A stretch of 63,625 nt of DNA, counting the filler, from Polymyxa betae A26-41 (lineage: Eukaryota > Protista > Endomyxa: Phytomyxea): the NCBI GenBank assembly GCA_003693705.1. It is 6 parts of 6 records of this genome, joined end to end, with 100 filler letters (N's around TTAATTAATTAA, not from the genome) between each part and the next. Parts side by side here need not be neighbours in the genome. Positions count along the whole stretch, not along the records: positions 1 to 17,570 come from RBZT01000616.1; positions 17,671 to 39,579 come from RBZT01000625.1; 4 more parts are not named here. One strand, given 5' to 3'. Under the pieces are notes generated by a model that saw nothing but the letters and a program-made list of their open reading frames with translations, was not told where the DNA came from and made no database searches. Both the position numbers and the translations under genes were made by a program. Positions 13,875 to 25,304 of this stretch are shown here, piece after piece. Numbering within the stretch: position 1 is the first letter of the stretch; each line of letters begins with the position of its first letter.

Positions 13875-15074
13875 TTAATGATATCTTCTATTTCGAGCGA
13901 ATGTTTGGCCTGCATAAATGAAGAGGCTCAAAATCGCCAGGATCATGAATGCGCCCCACAGAGCTAGTAATACAATTGCTGCACCGATCGGGATCCGACT
14001 TTCAGACATCAATGGAGCTGTATATGATGGAATAGAGAATAGTACAGCACAGATCCATGACTTCAACAGCGCCAATGGAACATTCTGAAGCAATATGGTG
14101 AGAAAAGGTTCAAGCACAACATTGAACAAACATTTAAAGTATTTTGATAGAGCGTAAATAGCAATCCTTAGTAGAAAAGTGAAAGTAAAGGTATAATACT
14201 TGCAAGTGCAAATGAAAAGCAGCAACTATTCGTGGATAGAGAAAACAGCTATGATGGAACTAGACTGACCTCATCAGATCTATGAATGTGGAATGAGAGA
14301 AGCATCATCGTAAGCAACCAGGAACCCATGATGATGTATCCTTGGAGATCGGGAATTGAGCCGGTGATCCATAATGGAAGCAAAACAAACGGGAGTATTT
14401 GACATAAACATGCAATAACCATCAAAGGCACGCTCCGAGGACGAGTCTATGGACAGAACTGAGCCCATTGCAAGCATTATATCCAAAAGGGAGTTTTCAA
14501 TGGAAATCGAAGCAGGGAAGACGGAGCAAGCCGGTTTACAAAGATTTTGAACAAAGGCAAAAGCGCATGTGTGAGGCGAAAAAATGAATGAAAATCAATA
14601 AAGAAAACGAAAACAACGTTATATCATTTAAATACCTGGTTTTCTTCGAAATTCTCATCATCTTGTATCTGAATGTCCATTTTTCTTCAGGAAAATTATC
14701 AACAAATTGTGACAATCTACGAACATCGTTTCCATCCATCAGAGGAGTAATCAGAGCGTAGAAGTCGGACGCCTGCATTTCCAGGTTGCGGTTTCGATCT
14801 GACAGCTGTGTATATGGCCACAAAGACAAATCTCAATCTTCAACGCTTAAGTTAAAATCAGGGAGCATATCTTGAGCATTAAAGCTCTGCAATGTGAAAA
14901 AAGTAAGATACCTTTATTGTTAATGACAACCTCAGCAGCATTCATGGGAAACTTCGAGCCGAATCTATCCAAAGCCCCAGAGATGCTGGTTGGCGAGGCG
15001 GGCTGGGCCCGTCCCTTATCAAGCAAAGCCAGTACGTTTAGCCCCAGCAGGATATACACCCGCTCGCGAATCAT
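13875..15074 (-). CDS. Putative spliced gene for a membrane protein with signal peptide; exon structure unresolved, possibly damaged
   Basis: N-terminal YILLGLNVLALLDKGRAQP, intron-like AT-rich breaks, and several hydrophobic helices in ORFs 14249-14431 and 13875-14225. Confidence 0.35.
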
Positions 15075-15642
15075 GACAGACACCAGACGTCAATGGAGCG
15101 ATAGGTTTGGCAATGGCAATCATCGATTATGTTATGCATTGTTAGAGGGTCCCTCTCATAATGCGTGATGATCGCAGTGCACTCAATGCTCAGCTTTAAA
15201 GAGGACGAGATATGGTGAAGGGAATTTCCAGATCATTGCGAGCTTTGATGCCGGAGTTCCAGGTTGTTGATACGATTGAAGTTCACAATTCCAAGTTTTG
15301 TGAGCTTTGATGCCGGCGTTCCAGATCTTTGATACGCTCATAAAAACCGCAGCTGGCGGCAACTGCGGCATTGGGAATATGTTAATAATGGCAATCCTGC
15401 TACTTTTTGTGTCTTGGGGTCACTTCGATCAAGCTAACGAATGTAAGCTGTCAGAAAACATTGTAATCTGAGTTATGATTCCAATGCCTGAAAACTTAAT
15501 TGACGCTCCCTGCTGTAGGTAAGCAATCTTACCGTTTGTTTCCAGATTCGAAGCAGGGATAGGAAGAGCCGAAAGATCACAAAGCAACGTCAGCTACCAA
15601 AGAGCAATGAAAGGGCTGAAGTTGAAATGGATTCAGATTTTC

Positions 15643-16566
15643 TCAAGTTTTATTCTCGACACTGGGCTTGGGATCGTTTTCGCGTGAATGAAATCCTTTC
15701 ATCTGGGTTCTCACCTCTCTTACGTATTCGTCTTGTCTCACAACCAAGACCCCTAACTCCGGAAACGCTCTCTGTAGTCTCGCATATTCTTCGTTGATTA
15801 GAAAGCTTGAAAGTTTATCTTGAGCGAGATGCTTTCTTCTACTTATCTGATCCCACATGGCTTGCTGACGATTCTGTAGAGATCGCAGGCTGTTGTCCTT
15901 CTCTGATACTTCTCTATAGAGGCTACTGAGTATCTTGTTCAGCTTGCTATCAGTTGGTAGCTCATTCCGTCCTCCGTTCTTCGTCATTTCAGATCTTAGC
16001 TCTCTGATAACGGCCTGTAGTTTTGCCGTCTTTCGCTCGAAATCTTTGGTCATCTCCAAATGCTCCGAATGAGTTTGTTCTTCGTTCTTTAAAGCCTCAA
16101 TCAAATCTCGTTTTAGCTCACCAATTTCTTCCTCCAATGATTTTATGGAGGACATTCTGTCTTCAACTTTGGCATGAGCCGATGCGGTCATCTCCTCAGC
16201 ATCGCTTAAGCGCAGCTTTGTAGCTATCAGCTCGTTTCGGACTTCTTTGAGTTTCCTTTTGCTCTGAGCATCCTGAGCTTCCAACTCTTTCATCCGTTCG
16301 TCTACTATCACTTGCCATTCAGCGAATGTTGCTTGCAGGTGTTTTCGATTTGTAGCTTCAGCCCGTAGCCGCCTATCCAATCGGTCGACATCTTCCAGAA
16401 GACGAACTTCACTCTCTTTCGAGCGCTGAAGCTCGCTGGCAACAGCTCGAAGCTGCCTATGCAGTTTCCCGTTTGCAGCCACCAACGTTTTCGTGAAGGC
16501 CAAGCAGGAGTTCATGGTCATCTCGAGCTGAATAGTTTTCACCATCGACAAACGAAAACGATGCAA
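15643..16566 (-). CDS. Coiled-coil protein of unknown function (start uncertain)
   Basis: 307-aa uninterrupted ORF rich in E/K/L/R with heptad character. Confidence 0.7.
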   Translation of the reverse strand: MHRFRLSMVKTIQLEMTMNSCLAFTKTLVAANGKLHRQLRAVASELQRSKESEVRLLEDVDRLDRRLRAEATNRKHLQATFAEWQVIVDERMKELEAQDAQSKRKLKEVRNELIATKLRLSDAEEMTASAHAKVEDRMSSIKSLEEEIGELKRDLIEALKNEEQTHSEHLEMTKDFERKTAKLQAVIRELRSEMTKNGGRNELPTDSKLNKILSSLYREVSEKDNSLRSLQNRQQAMWDQISRRKHLAQDKLSSFLINEEYARLQRAFPELGVLVVRQDEYVREVRTQMKGFHSRENDPKPSVENKT

Positions 16567-16746
16567 GATTGTCTTTGTCTGTGACTGCTGAAATCGGAGA
16601 TATTTATCGTCATGACAAACAGCTCTATTTTCAGATCCGTTGAATCCCCCTATCTACATATGCAGCTATGATAGGTGAGCGCAAGCCAGCGACATTCTGC
16701 TCTAAGTTACAAAATTTTGAAGCCCGTGATCAAACTCGGGTGTCAA

Positions 16747-16761
16747 TTAGGGTTAGGGTTT
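16747..16761 (-). promoter_or_regulatory. Interstitial telomere-like / telo-box motif (AAACCCTAACCCTAA)
   Basis: TTAGGGTTAGGGTTT lies about 200 bp upstream of the coiled-coil ORF. Confidence 0.3.
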
Positions 16762-17570
16762 CGGTGGAATGAAATTGTGGTTCGGCCAGTTCAAGAATAC
16801 GCGAATGTCGATCATGAGGACGCATCAACGTGGTAAGTCTGCTGCTGCGCATCCTCTATGTCCTGTCGTCGATCCTCTCCTGAGCCATGGCCTCCTGCAA
16901 TTAACTATCTCTGCAGCGTTTCACCAAATGGTTCGGGCTTTTGCAAATGCGACTTTCAGTCGAACAAAGATATGAAGAAGGAGCATCAGCTGAAGAAGCT
17001 TCTGGGTGTCCATACTCTTCCTTTCCAATCGGAAAGTAATGTTTCGTCGATAAGGGAGGATCTCTCATATAAAAAGGTGCTAATGCATCAACCAGCTAGT
17101 CCTGTTAACAGCACCAATACGGTTCCTTTAAATTATGGACAGCTATCGGCTATCTTACGATTATTACTGGCTCTTCTTCTCCTGCCGACCATTGCAGTTT
17201 TGGGGTCTGGGTTCGGATGGTGGTCGTTGGTTTTGCATACGATCGTAATCCGTCTTCTAGCTGTTGATGGATTGAGACTTCTATTATTTCGGAACCATAC
17301 AGAACACGTTTTCAGCTAATCCGATCAAAGTAAAAGTATCCATAGCTGATCCATGGCTTCGAGAAAACTATCATGCGGAGTCCCAAGAATCAGCAACACT
17401 GTGTTTCGAGTGTTTGACAATTTTTATTTGCACAAAGTGGACACTTTCTTATGTCCTTTTCATGGTCTATTGTAATGTACTGTGGACTTTATAGCAGGAG
17501 GGGGATTCGAGCAGCGGTTTGAGACCACCCGCAGGTATAATGTTTGCAGTGTTAAGTAAGCGATGTCAAC

Positions 17571-17670
17571 NNNNNNNNNNNNNNNNNNNNNNNNNNNNNN
17601 NNNNNNNNNNNNNNTTAATTAATTAANNNNNNNNNNNNNNNNNNNNNNNNNNNNNNNNNNNNNNNNNNNN
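17571..17670. other. Assembly gap with artificial linker (same at 39580-39679, 48981-49080, 54733-54832, 60529-60628)
   Basis: Identical 100-nt blocks of N with a central TTAATTAATTAA, which gives stops in all six frames. Confidence 0.97.
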
Positions 17671-17843
17671 TTTGACTTCTTGACCACCTCTTCGAAATAG
17701 TCTACCGGCTGAAGAACTACCTTGCCAGATTTATCGTCTGCGTCGCCGGTCTGCAGTTGGGACTTTTCGACGCGAATATAATGGCGAAACTGTTCCTCAG
17801 ATAGAGTACAATCAGGACAGTCTTTCTTGTAATCAGCATATAT
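17671..17843 (-). CDS. Probable host exon fragment running into the gap
   Basis: After a TAG acceptor the frame reads IYADYKKDCPDCTLSEEQFRHYIRVEKSQLQTGDADDKSGKVVLQPVDYFEEVVKKS. Base composition is host-like. Confidence 0.35.
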
Positions 17844-17989
17844 CTACATAATGTTATACCAAAGCAGCATATCGACCCGTATCGTTTGAAGACACCTCTT
17901 TTTTGAGGCACAAAAATAAAAACTGCGCCATACAAAAAAGTAAAAAAACAATAAAAAAACAAAAAATCCGTAAAAACAGCAAAAACTTC

Positions 17990-19450
17990 GTAAATTTAGG
18001 ATTTCAGGGACTTTTTTTATAATTCCGTTAATTCTCCCTTAAAATAATATTTCTTGAAATTACTTTTAATAAAATCCATTGTTTTATTCCACGCCTTTAT
18101 TCTTCGTTTGTCATCAACAAATTTAAATTTCTTTTTCATTGTCTCACCTTTATCATTCTTCCATGTAATTAAAAATAATTTTTCTGCTCTGTGATAAAAC
18201 CAATTCCTAATTTCTCATTTAAAATTTGTTTTTCTATTTCAGTCTTATATGCTTCCGCTTCTTCAATAGATTTAAAATATTTTACCTGAATTTTTCCATT
18301 AATTTGTTTCTGCATTCTAAAAATATTGCCTTCTTTATAAATATTCCTCATTACAAATATATAATTTTATCTTTTAAAATGGTTTCAAAAACATACGAAA
18401 AAATTAATTTTCAAATCAAACAATAAAATCAATTCAAAAAAAATTAAATATTTTTATTTTAAATAAAATTCAAAATAAAAATCCACCCCGCCCACCTTTA
18501 ATTAAACCAGAAATATAAAATGGGGAAAAATGAAAAAAAGAAATGAAAAATTATTTTCTTAATGAAAAATATTATCTTTTTATATATTAATCTATAATGA
18601 GTAATAACAATGACATTCATAAGTTCATCACAAGAAAAAATTTACGTCCGACGACAGATATAACTCTCGATACTGCGAATCTTATTGGAACACCGTATTT
18701 CCAAAAAAATTATCCTAATGAAGCATCCCCTTTTGGTGGAGAGAATTCCAGAGTTGTGACATTCGATTTATCATCTCCTAATTGTATGATTGATTTAAGT
18801 GAAACTACATTACAGGGTCATGTAAAACTTGACCTTGGAACAACATTTACATTTGATGGAAGTGCTCATTCATTATTNNNNNNNNNNNNNNNNNNNNNNN
18901 NNNNNNNNNNNNNNNNNNNNNNNNNNNNNNNNNNNNNNNNNNNNNNNNNNNNNGACTTAATAACAAATGGAATGAACTCGGAGACCAAGCAATCAAGGAC
19001 GATAGTTCCAAAGATTTAATCGACGCAACGACAGGTGTTAAATTTGTTATTAAACCAAGATTGAATTTTTCTAAACAGCAGAAAGTTGCGCATCTTCCAG
19101 TTTGTAAAAATTTACGTTTAGAATTTACATTTGACCAATCTGTTAATGCTGGCATTTGCGGGACTGGTGCGACTATTAATGTTATAAGTTTAGAATTAAA
19201 TGCGAAAATGTATCCAATGTCTCCACGTTATATTCAAGATTTAAAAGAACTCGCACGAGCTGGAAAATTACTTTATAATTTTGAAAGTTGTTATCCACAA
19301 ACTGCTCCGTGGGCGAATTCAAATAATTCTGTATCAATTAATTACCCTGTCGCTTCTGCTAATAAAATAGTAGCAAGATTTTATTTAAGTGGGGATGTTA
19401 ATGCTTATAATAAACACGGAATTCAAAAATCTAATTATTTAATAATAATT
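17990..19450. mobile_element. AT-rich endogenous viral element, probably a Polinton-like virus relic
   Basis: Sharp drop in GC, two intronless divergent genes (AP2-like and capsid-like), and a very AT-rich intergenic region. Confidence 0.7.
18017..18351 (-). CDS. Small basic protein with two tandem viral-type AP2-like DNA-binding domains (one frameshift in a T run near 18170)
   Basis: MRNIYKEGNIFRMQKQINGKIQVKYFKSIEEAEAYK, then GFITEQKNYF/LITWKNDKGETMKKKFKFVDDKRRIKAWNKTMDF; each fits the three-strand-plus-helix pattern. Confidence 0.55.
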
Positions 19451-19492
19451 CGTATTTACCGCATCTTCCCGGATAAAACGCTCTTTTCATGA
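18597..19492 (+). CDS. Probable double jelly-roll major capsid protein of a Polinton-like virus; spans an N gap and appears 3'-truncated near 19440
   Basis: Beta-rich sequence with RVVTFDLSSPNCMIDLSETTLQGHVKL, FDGSAHSL, FVIKPRLNFSKQQKVAHLPVCKNLRLEFTF, INVISLELNAKMY, LLYNFESC and SVSINYPVASANKIVARF, matching the motif order I recall for PLV capsids. Confidence 0.7.
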
Positions 19493-20578
19493 AACGTTCG
19501 TACCGTATTTAAACGAAATCGGAAAACGACTGTTTTGGCCGACATTGCAGCCAAACGCACTCTGAATGATATATCAAATCTGTAACAGAAGAATTGTTTA
19601 TTAGACAATATGATAGTATCAGTAAAGGATTGAATGAAAGTAAAGCATATAATTAATAACCCAGGTTATTAGAAACAACGGCATAAATCTGAAAGAAGAC
19701 AGCAGTACTGTACCAAGCGGAATATCATAAGGAAAATCGCCTAACAAAGCATATCGATTATATATGGATGGATTACTCAATGAAGAAATTCGCCCTCACT
19801 GTTACAGCACTGAATTTAACTGCAAATTAGGGTTTATCACTAGAATTGTTTATATACCATTAGAGCACAGAAACTAATAATTTTTGGACATTTGCCTGCA
19901 ACGCGTACTGTGTGCTAAAAACTTCTAGCCCCGGCCAAGTACGCTACAATATTATTCAACATATTTATTCTTGCTGTGATCTCTCGGCTCCTGTGGCAGG
20001 GCCGCAGCCGTACCTGGCTTATTCTTTTCGGCGTTTATTTTCGAACTTAATTAAGGTGCGGACCTTATTAAGGTGCGGACCTCGAGGTCCGCTCTGACTT
20101 GATAGAAGACAGACCTCATTTGTCTCTTCCCGAATTCGTCCCATCCATCATCCGTTCTATCGCTTCTCAAGCCTATCTGGCGCACAAAGACCATCTCCTT
20201 TTGCAGCTAGCTATACCTTCAAGATTCTTCAGTTTAGTGAACCTAAAGCATTTTCCTCCGATTTTTTCATAAATTGTGCTCTGCTGTTAGCTATACTGAT
20301 TCTTTCTGCAGTTCTGCACAGCGCTGCCGTCGCGTGTTACAATGGCTACAAGGACCGTAATGAACGCCGCCAAGATCGCATCTTCGATGGCATTCAACGC
20401 CGTCAGGAGCGTTGTGAAAATCGCGTCTTGGCCGTTTTATTAAGTGACGCAGGCGATTGCTTGTTTCCCGTCGAAAGAATGACCTGTATAAGCGAATTAA
20501 TCGGATTCCAGTTGAACATGACGGTCGCTCACCGAGCACAGTGCAATGGAATTTTAGCCCGTCAATACCGTACTGGCG

Positions 20579-20923
20579 GTGACTCGCCTCGACCTGCGTG
20601 CTGAGGAATCGCTCGTGATTATGGGCGCCAGCCGCACCGGCAAGAGCGCCATGATCCTGACTATGGCTATCAGGATGTTACCAGCCCATCCAAACATACA
20701 GAACAGGTTTTTGGACTGTAATGGGAACTTTTCTATCAGGCGTGCGATTGCGATATGCGACAGCAAATTTCCAGGAACAAAGGGTGCGGATTTCAGAAAG
20801 ACTGCTGATAGCCCGGCCGAAGCATATTGACCAGGCAATCTTTAATATCCAAAACTATCAGTCTCAGGGTTTATTCCTGTTCATGGATGGGACTGCAGTT
20901 TGGAATTAACTGACTCCAAAAAT
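20579..20923 (+). pseudogene. RecA/Rad51-paralog-like ATPase fragment
   Basis: Walker A LVIMGASRTGKS, the RecA-type motif FLDCNGNFSIRR, and after a frameshift a Walker B-like LFLFMDG. Confidence 0.6.
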
Positions 20924-22066
20924 CGTGCGATGTCGGTTTAATTTCATAAAGCCAAGTTTGAGGCTTAATATATTTACATTGCACAAAAAACTGACTACTA
21001 AGAATGTGCAAATTCATCAGTGTTAAATTAACATGAAAACCTAGGATCTAAACGAAGCAGAGATTTTCAACGGGGTAATTATAACCGATTCTATTATGAC
21101 TTTAACCGAAGTCCAGCTACGCGAAGGTACGCCCGCCACTTGACTCATGTTCGCGATCGTCGCCGATGGAATCCCTGGGAATTTAATAAACTTTCGTTTT
21201 GCGTTTGGCATTGCAAGGCGCAACCCCCACGTTAGAATAAGAATCAGTCCAATATGGGCGCTGTCTTGTAACAGCTCTTGATTGTTGATATTGACGACAG
21301 CGAAAAACATATTACTGTTTGTGGCCGAACGCGGGCGAGCAGAAGGCGATCCTGAAAGAATAAGGCAACTAATCCACAGAGAACACAATCTGGCAGGATC
21401 ACCAAGACAATCAATCCCCCTTATTCTGTTCGCCAGTCCTGATATTAGGGAACAGATACAATAATTTTAGGGCATTTGCCTGCCTAGGTTTTCATTTTGA
21501 CGCTGATGAATTAACACGTTCTTGATAATCAGTTGTTTATCAAGAACGTGCAAATATACAAATCCTCACACTTTGGGTTTAAAAAATCAAACCGACATCG
21601 CACGGTGCCAAGTACGGTTTTGACGGGTTAAAATCTGGAAAATACATAATTTTTTTAACTGGGAACAAACGATCGCCTGCGTCATTTGATGAAACGGCCA
21701 GGATGCGATCTTCACAGCGCTCCTGGCGGCGTTGCATGCTATCAAGGATGCGATCCTGGCTGCGCTCAACACGGTGCTGGCGGCGCTCATTACGGTCCTT
21801 GTAGCCATTGTAACACGCGACGACAGCGCTGGACAAAAATTGCAGAAATAATCAGTAAAAACGCTAACAGCAGAGCGAAGTTCATGAAAAGGCCGGAGAG
21901 GAAATGCTTTCTGTTCACTAAACTGAAGAGTCCCGAAATTCTAGCTGCAAATTAGGAAAATCATGCCTTGGTATTCATTTTTGACAATAATGACTTAGCA
22001 CGTTCTTGATAGTCAGTTTTTTTGTGCAATGCAGATTTATTGTGTTTCAAACTTGAGTTTATGAAA

Positions 22067-22363
22067 TTAAACAGATATCGCACGGCGCCCAGTCCGGTTT
22101 TGACGGGCTAAAATCTGGCGGAAATACGTCATCCTTTCGACGGGAAATAAACGATCGCCTGCGTAATTTAAAACGGCCAGGATGCGATCTTCAGAGCGCT
22201 CCTGGCGGCGTTGCATGCACTCAAGAATGCGATCCTGGCGGCGCTCAACACGGTCTTGGCGGCGCTCATTACGGTCCTTGTAGTCGTTGTAACACGCGAC
22301 GACAGCGCTGAGCATAACTGCAGAAAGAATCAGTATAAACGCTAACAGCAGAGCGAAATTCAT
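22067..22363 (-). CDS. Small protein or terminal exon: hydrophobic helix followed by RRQDR-type charged heptads
   Basis: MNFALLLAFILILSAVMLSAVVACYNDYKDRNERRQDRVERRQDRILECMQRRQERSEDR. Open only in copy 3 of the repeat. Confidence 0.45.
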   Translation of the reverse strand: MNFALLLAFILILSAVMLSAVVACYNDYKDRNERRQDRVERRQDRILECMQRRQERSEDRILAVLNYAGDRLFPVERMTYFRQILARQNRTGRRAISV

Positions 22364-24074
22364 GAAGAAGTCGGACGGAAAAGGCTTTCTGTTCACTTAA
22401 CTGAAGAATCCCGAAAGTATAGCTGCATAAAGGAGATATTCTTCCTCGGTGGCTATATTTTATGAGAATCAATTCCTAAAGCTTTTGAGCAGGATTGTTT
22501 TTGCATTTCAGAGAATGGCGAGTAGGACAGCCGCAGATGTAAAGAACGCTCGTGAGTCGAGGCATCTTGTCAGAAGTCGTGCGACGAGTAGAAACTCTGT
22601 AGGATGAGATTGTCAGGATCTATTTTGATGAGAAGGATGGATGAGTCATCTCCGGAATCTGCGTGGTTCTATGTTCTACCTCTCTTTCGAAGCCCATTTC
22701 GACATCGGTCCGCGCGCTTGCCTAAGGGCGTAATTCGATACTCGTAATTCTCACCCAAATATTCGCCGAGAGCATCTGTAAAATCGAAGAAATTTTTTGT
22801 CTCTGCTATAAACGTCTCTCCACTAACAGAGCTGGGAGCGGGAGGCTGCGCCGCAGTTATTTTCCTATACTAGTCAGATCACGATAGAAGACTGAGTCAG
22901 ACTCCCTATTATAGATTAATAATCTCTTATTTGCATGAGATATGCATTTGTTGGTGACAAGATTGGCGTAAATTCATTGCGAGGACCGTTGGGAGAACTG
23001 GAACCCCAAATGGTACCATCATTTATTCTAGATGGCACAGATCTGTGGGTATTTACAAGTTGACCAAAACGATATGTCACACAAGTTCAAGCATGCAGGG
23101 CTGCGATACGGAATCGGTCTTACTGGTGTAAGCAAGATCGTTCACGATGCTGGAGGCGTTCTATGTAGATCTTGGCCTGATATACGCCTGCGCGTCTCTG
23201 CGTCGTTTTAAAATTACGCGCAGGCGAATGAAACTCATCGAAGCCCTTACCATATGCACGAATTCTTTCGTTGAGCGCGTAGCAACCATTTTAATTTTCA
23301 TTAGAAAGCTTATTCAAGTTTTTGCATGAAAGACCGCATCTTCCAGTACAACCGCAACCAGACACTTCTGCCAATTGACCGTTTCGCTATTGATTTGGAT
23401 CAAAATCATTTCAACAAACAATAAAAAACACTCCACAATCTTGTTTGTATTGCACTTCACAGCCTGAGCTACCATCATTGCCTCAAGACAAAGGGAGAAT
23501 TATCAACATAGCGGTTCAAAGGAGTCAACAAGCAGCCCAGGGTCCTCGTTAACTTGTTTCTTTCACTATGACCTACAATGCCAAAAATCACAAAATGCAT
23601 CCATGAAAGACAAAAGAGGGCTGCCGGACTCCAACAACCATATCTCTGGAGTATTTTTTGTATTGTTCGGTTTAGAACATGCCTGAAGCGGCACGTGGCT
23701 CGATGGCGGCAAATACACGATCGAATCTGTACGCGAGATTGTAAAATAGCGTCACGAAGCTATTCTACTAAACAAATTCCCCTTCCAACAAACTCTGTGT
23801 TCGTGGTCATGGTCAAATTATTCACATTTGATGCTTTCTCTCATGACTTCCCGCTTTCACTGTACTGATTTCGCATTTCTCGACGTCGGCGTGTCAATTC
23901 ATCGCTTCTGGAAAGCAGCACGCAGACTTTGCCTGAAACCCGAAAACCCATCTCTGTCTTCGAATACCTCGATCAAGCAGCTTCTTGTGAAAGATTTCGA
24001 TGAAGACATTGAACAATACAGACTGTTATGAGAGAATGAGTTGAAAGATCACTTCATTATTTATTGCGAAAGCC

Positions 24075-25173
24075 ATGACGCCGGACAACAACGCGCCGGG
24101 CGAAGAGCGTCCGGAGCATGACGACCCGGTTTCAGCCAAGATGGCGGCCCTGGGTGATTCGGTCGCCGTCCTGCAGTCTGTTCTGGGGACCGCCACCAAA
24201 GACCTGCTCACGACATTGTCGTCGAATCTGTCCATGATGCGATCGATGAACGCCATGATGGACCAGCACGTCCAGCAGTCGGTTTCAATCAAGTCGTGGA
24301 TCACGAGCCCGAATAGTCTGCGATTGCGAATCGAGAACCGCAGCAGTATCGCATTGAAAGAGTGCCAGACGTCGCTGATCGTGATGTCCACCGATGCCGA
24401 GCGGCATCCCATTCGATTCACGCTAACAGGCCCGGATTCGGGCCGCTTTCGTGAAGATGACGCAGATTGCAGCTGGAAGGCCCAAGATATGACGGATTTG
24501 GAGCCCGGGAACGTGAGTAGCCTTGAGCTAGAGTTCGACAGATTTGAAATGTTCGCTCGATATAATGCTGTGATTCGGGTCACGTTTACAAGCCCTGGCT
24601 CAGGTAACGACGGTTTCCTTTAATTTTGATTTTTTGTTTTTGGCATGATGTTACATTATTGGGTTTTATGCGATTCATGAGCCTTGCTGCTTAAAAACAG
24701 TTCGCATTTCCATCCAATTATTTGCCAATTTTAAAACCTTTAGAACATCCAATTATTTGCCATCTTTCAAAGCTTCAGAACAATTGGGAAATATCGCCAT
24801 GAAGGTCTGAGTATTGTTAGGGGCTCTTCTACAGCGCGAGCATGTGCTTGGTTTTGGATTACTGCATCAGTGCGAATTGCGATATCAAATGGGAGTAGAA
24901 ATACCTCCCGATGAATCCAGGAATATTTATCAGTTCAACGCCAAGGCTCTTCGGCATCTCTGGAAAGTTCCCGATACTTTGGGGATCGCAACTCGATCCG
25001 TATTCTATGCAAAAGCTCCCAGTGGCGATGAACTATCTTTGTATGTCGTTGAGCTTGCTGGTGAGAACGGATCTGACGTCAAGGTCGTCTGCTCTTCACC
25101 GGATTCAATTGCGGCACAAATGATCGAGGAAGAAATTCTCAGGATGCGCTACAGCGACGATTTGAATGTTTGA
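24075..25173 (+). CDS. Conserved-looking hypothetical protein, two exons (24075-24603, 24821-25173)
   Basis: A GT..AG intron at 24604-24820 joins the two ORFs in frame (FTSPGSG/ALLQREHVLGFGLLHQC). Confidence 0.7.
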
Positions 25174-25304
25174 AATCATTTCCATTGCTTATTTAAACGA
25201 AGTGTTTTAAATGGTTCCCCATTGGATTATGGCTGTCTTCGAGCTTCATATCTGAGCTAATTGGCAGTCCCACATAAACATTTTACGAAATGAGGATTAT
25301 CATG

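Larger units (their letters stand above)
20192..22440. repeat. Three copies of a ~470-bp unit: copy 1 (+) about 20192-21045 with insertions, copy 2 (-) about 21484-21960, copy 3 (-) about 21975-22440
   Basis: Shared CGTCGCGTGTTACAA..CTACAAGGACCGTAATGA.CGCCGCCA and downstream CGTGCGAT.TC.GTTT. Copies 1 and 2 are inverted; copies 2 and 3 are tandem. Confidence 0.9.

Noticed and set aside
16747-16761. TTAGGG repeats as a chromosome end
   Set aside because: Only two and a half units, internal to a contig.
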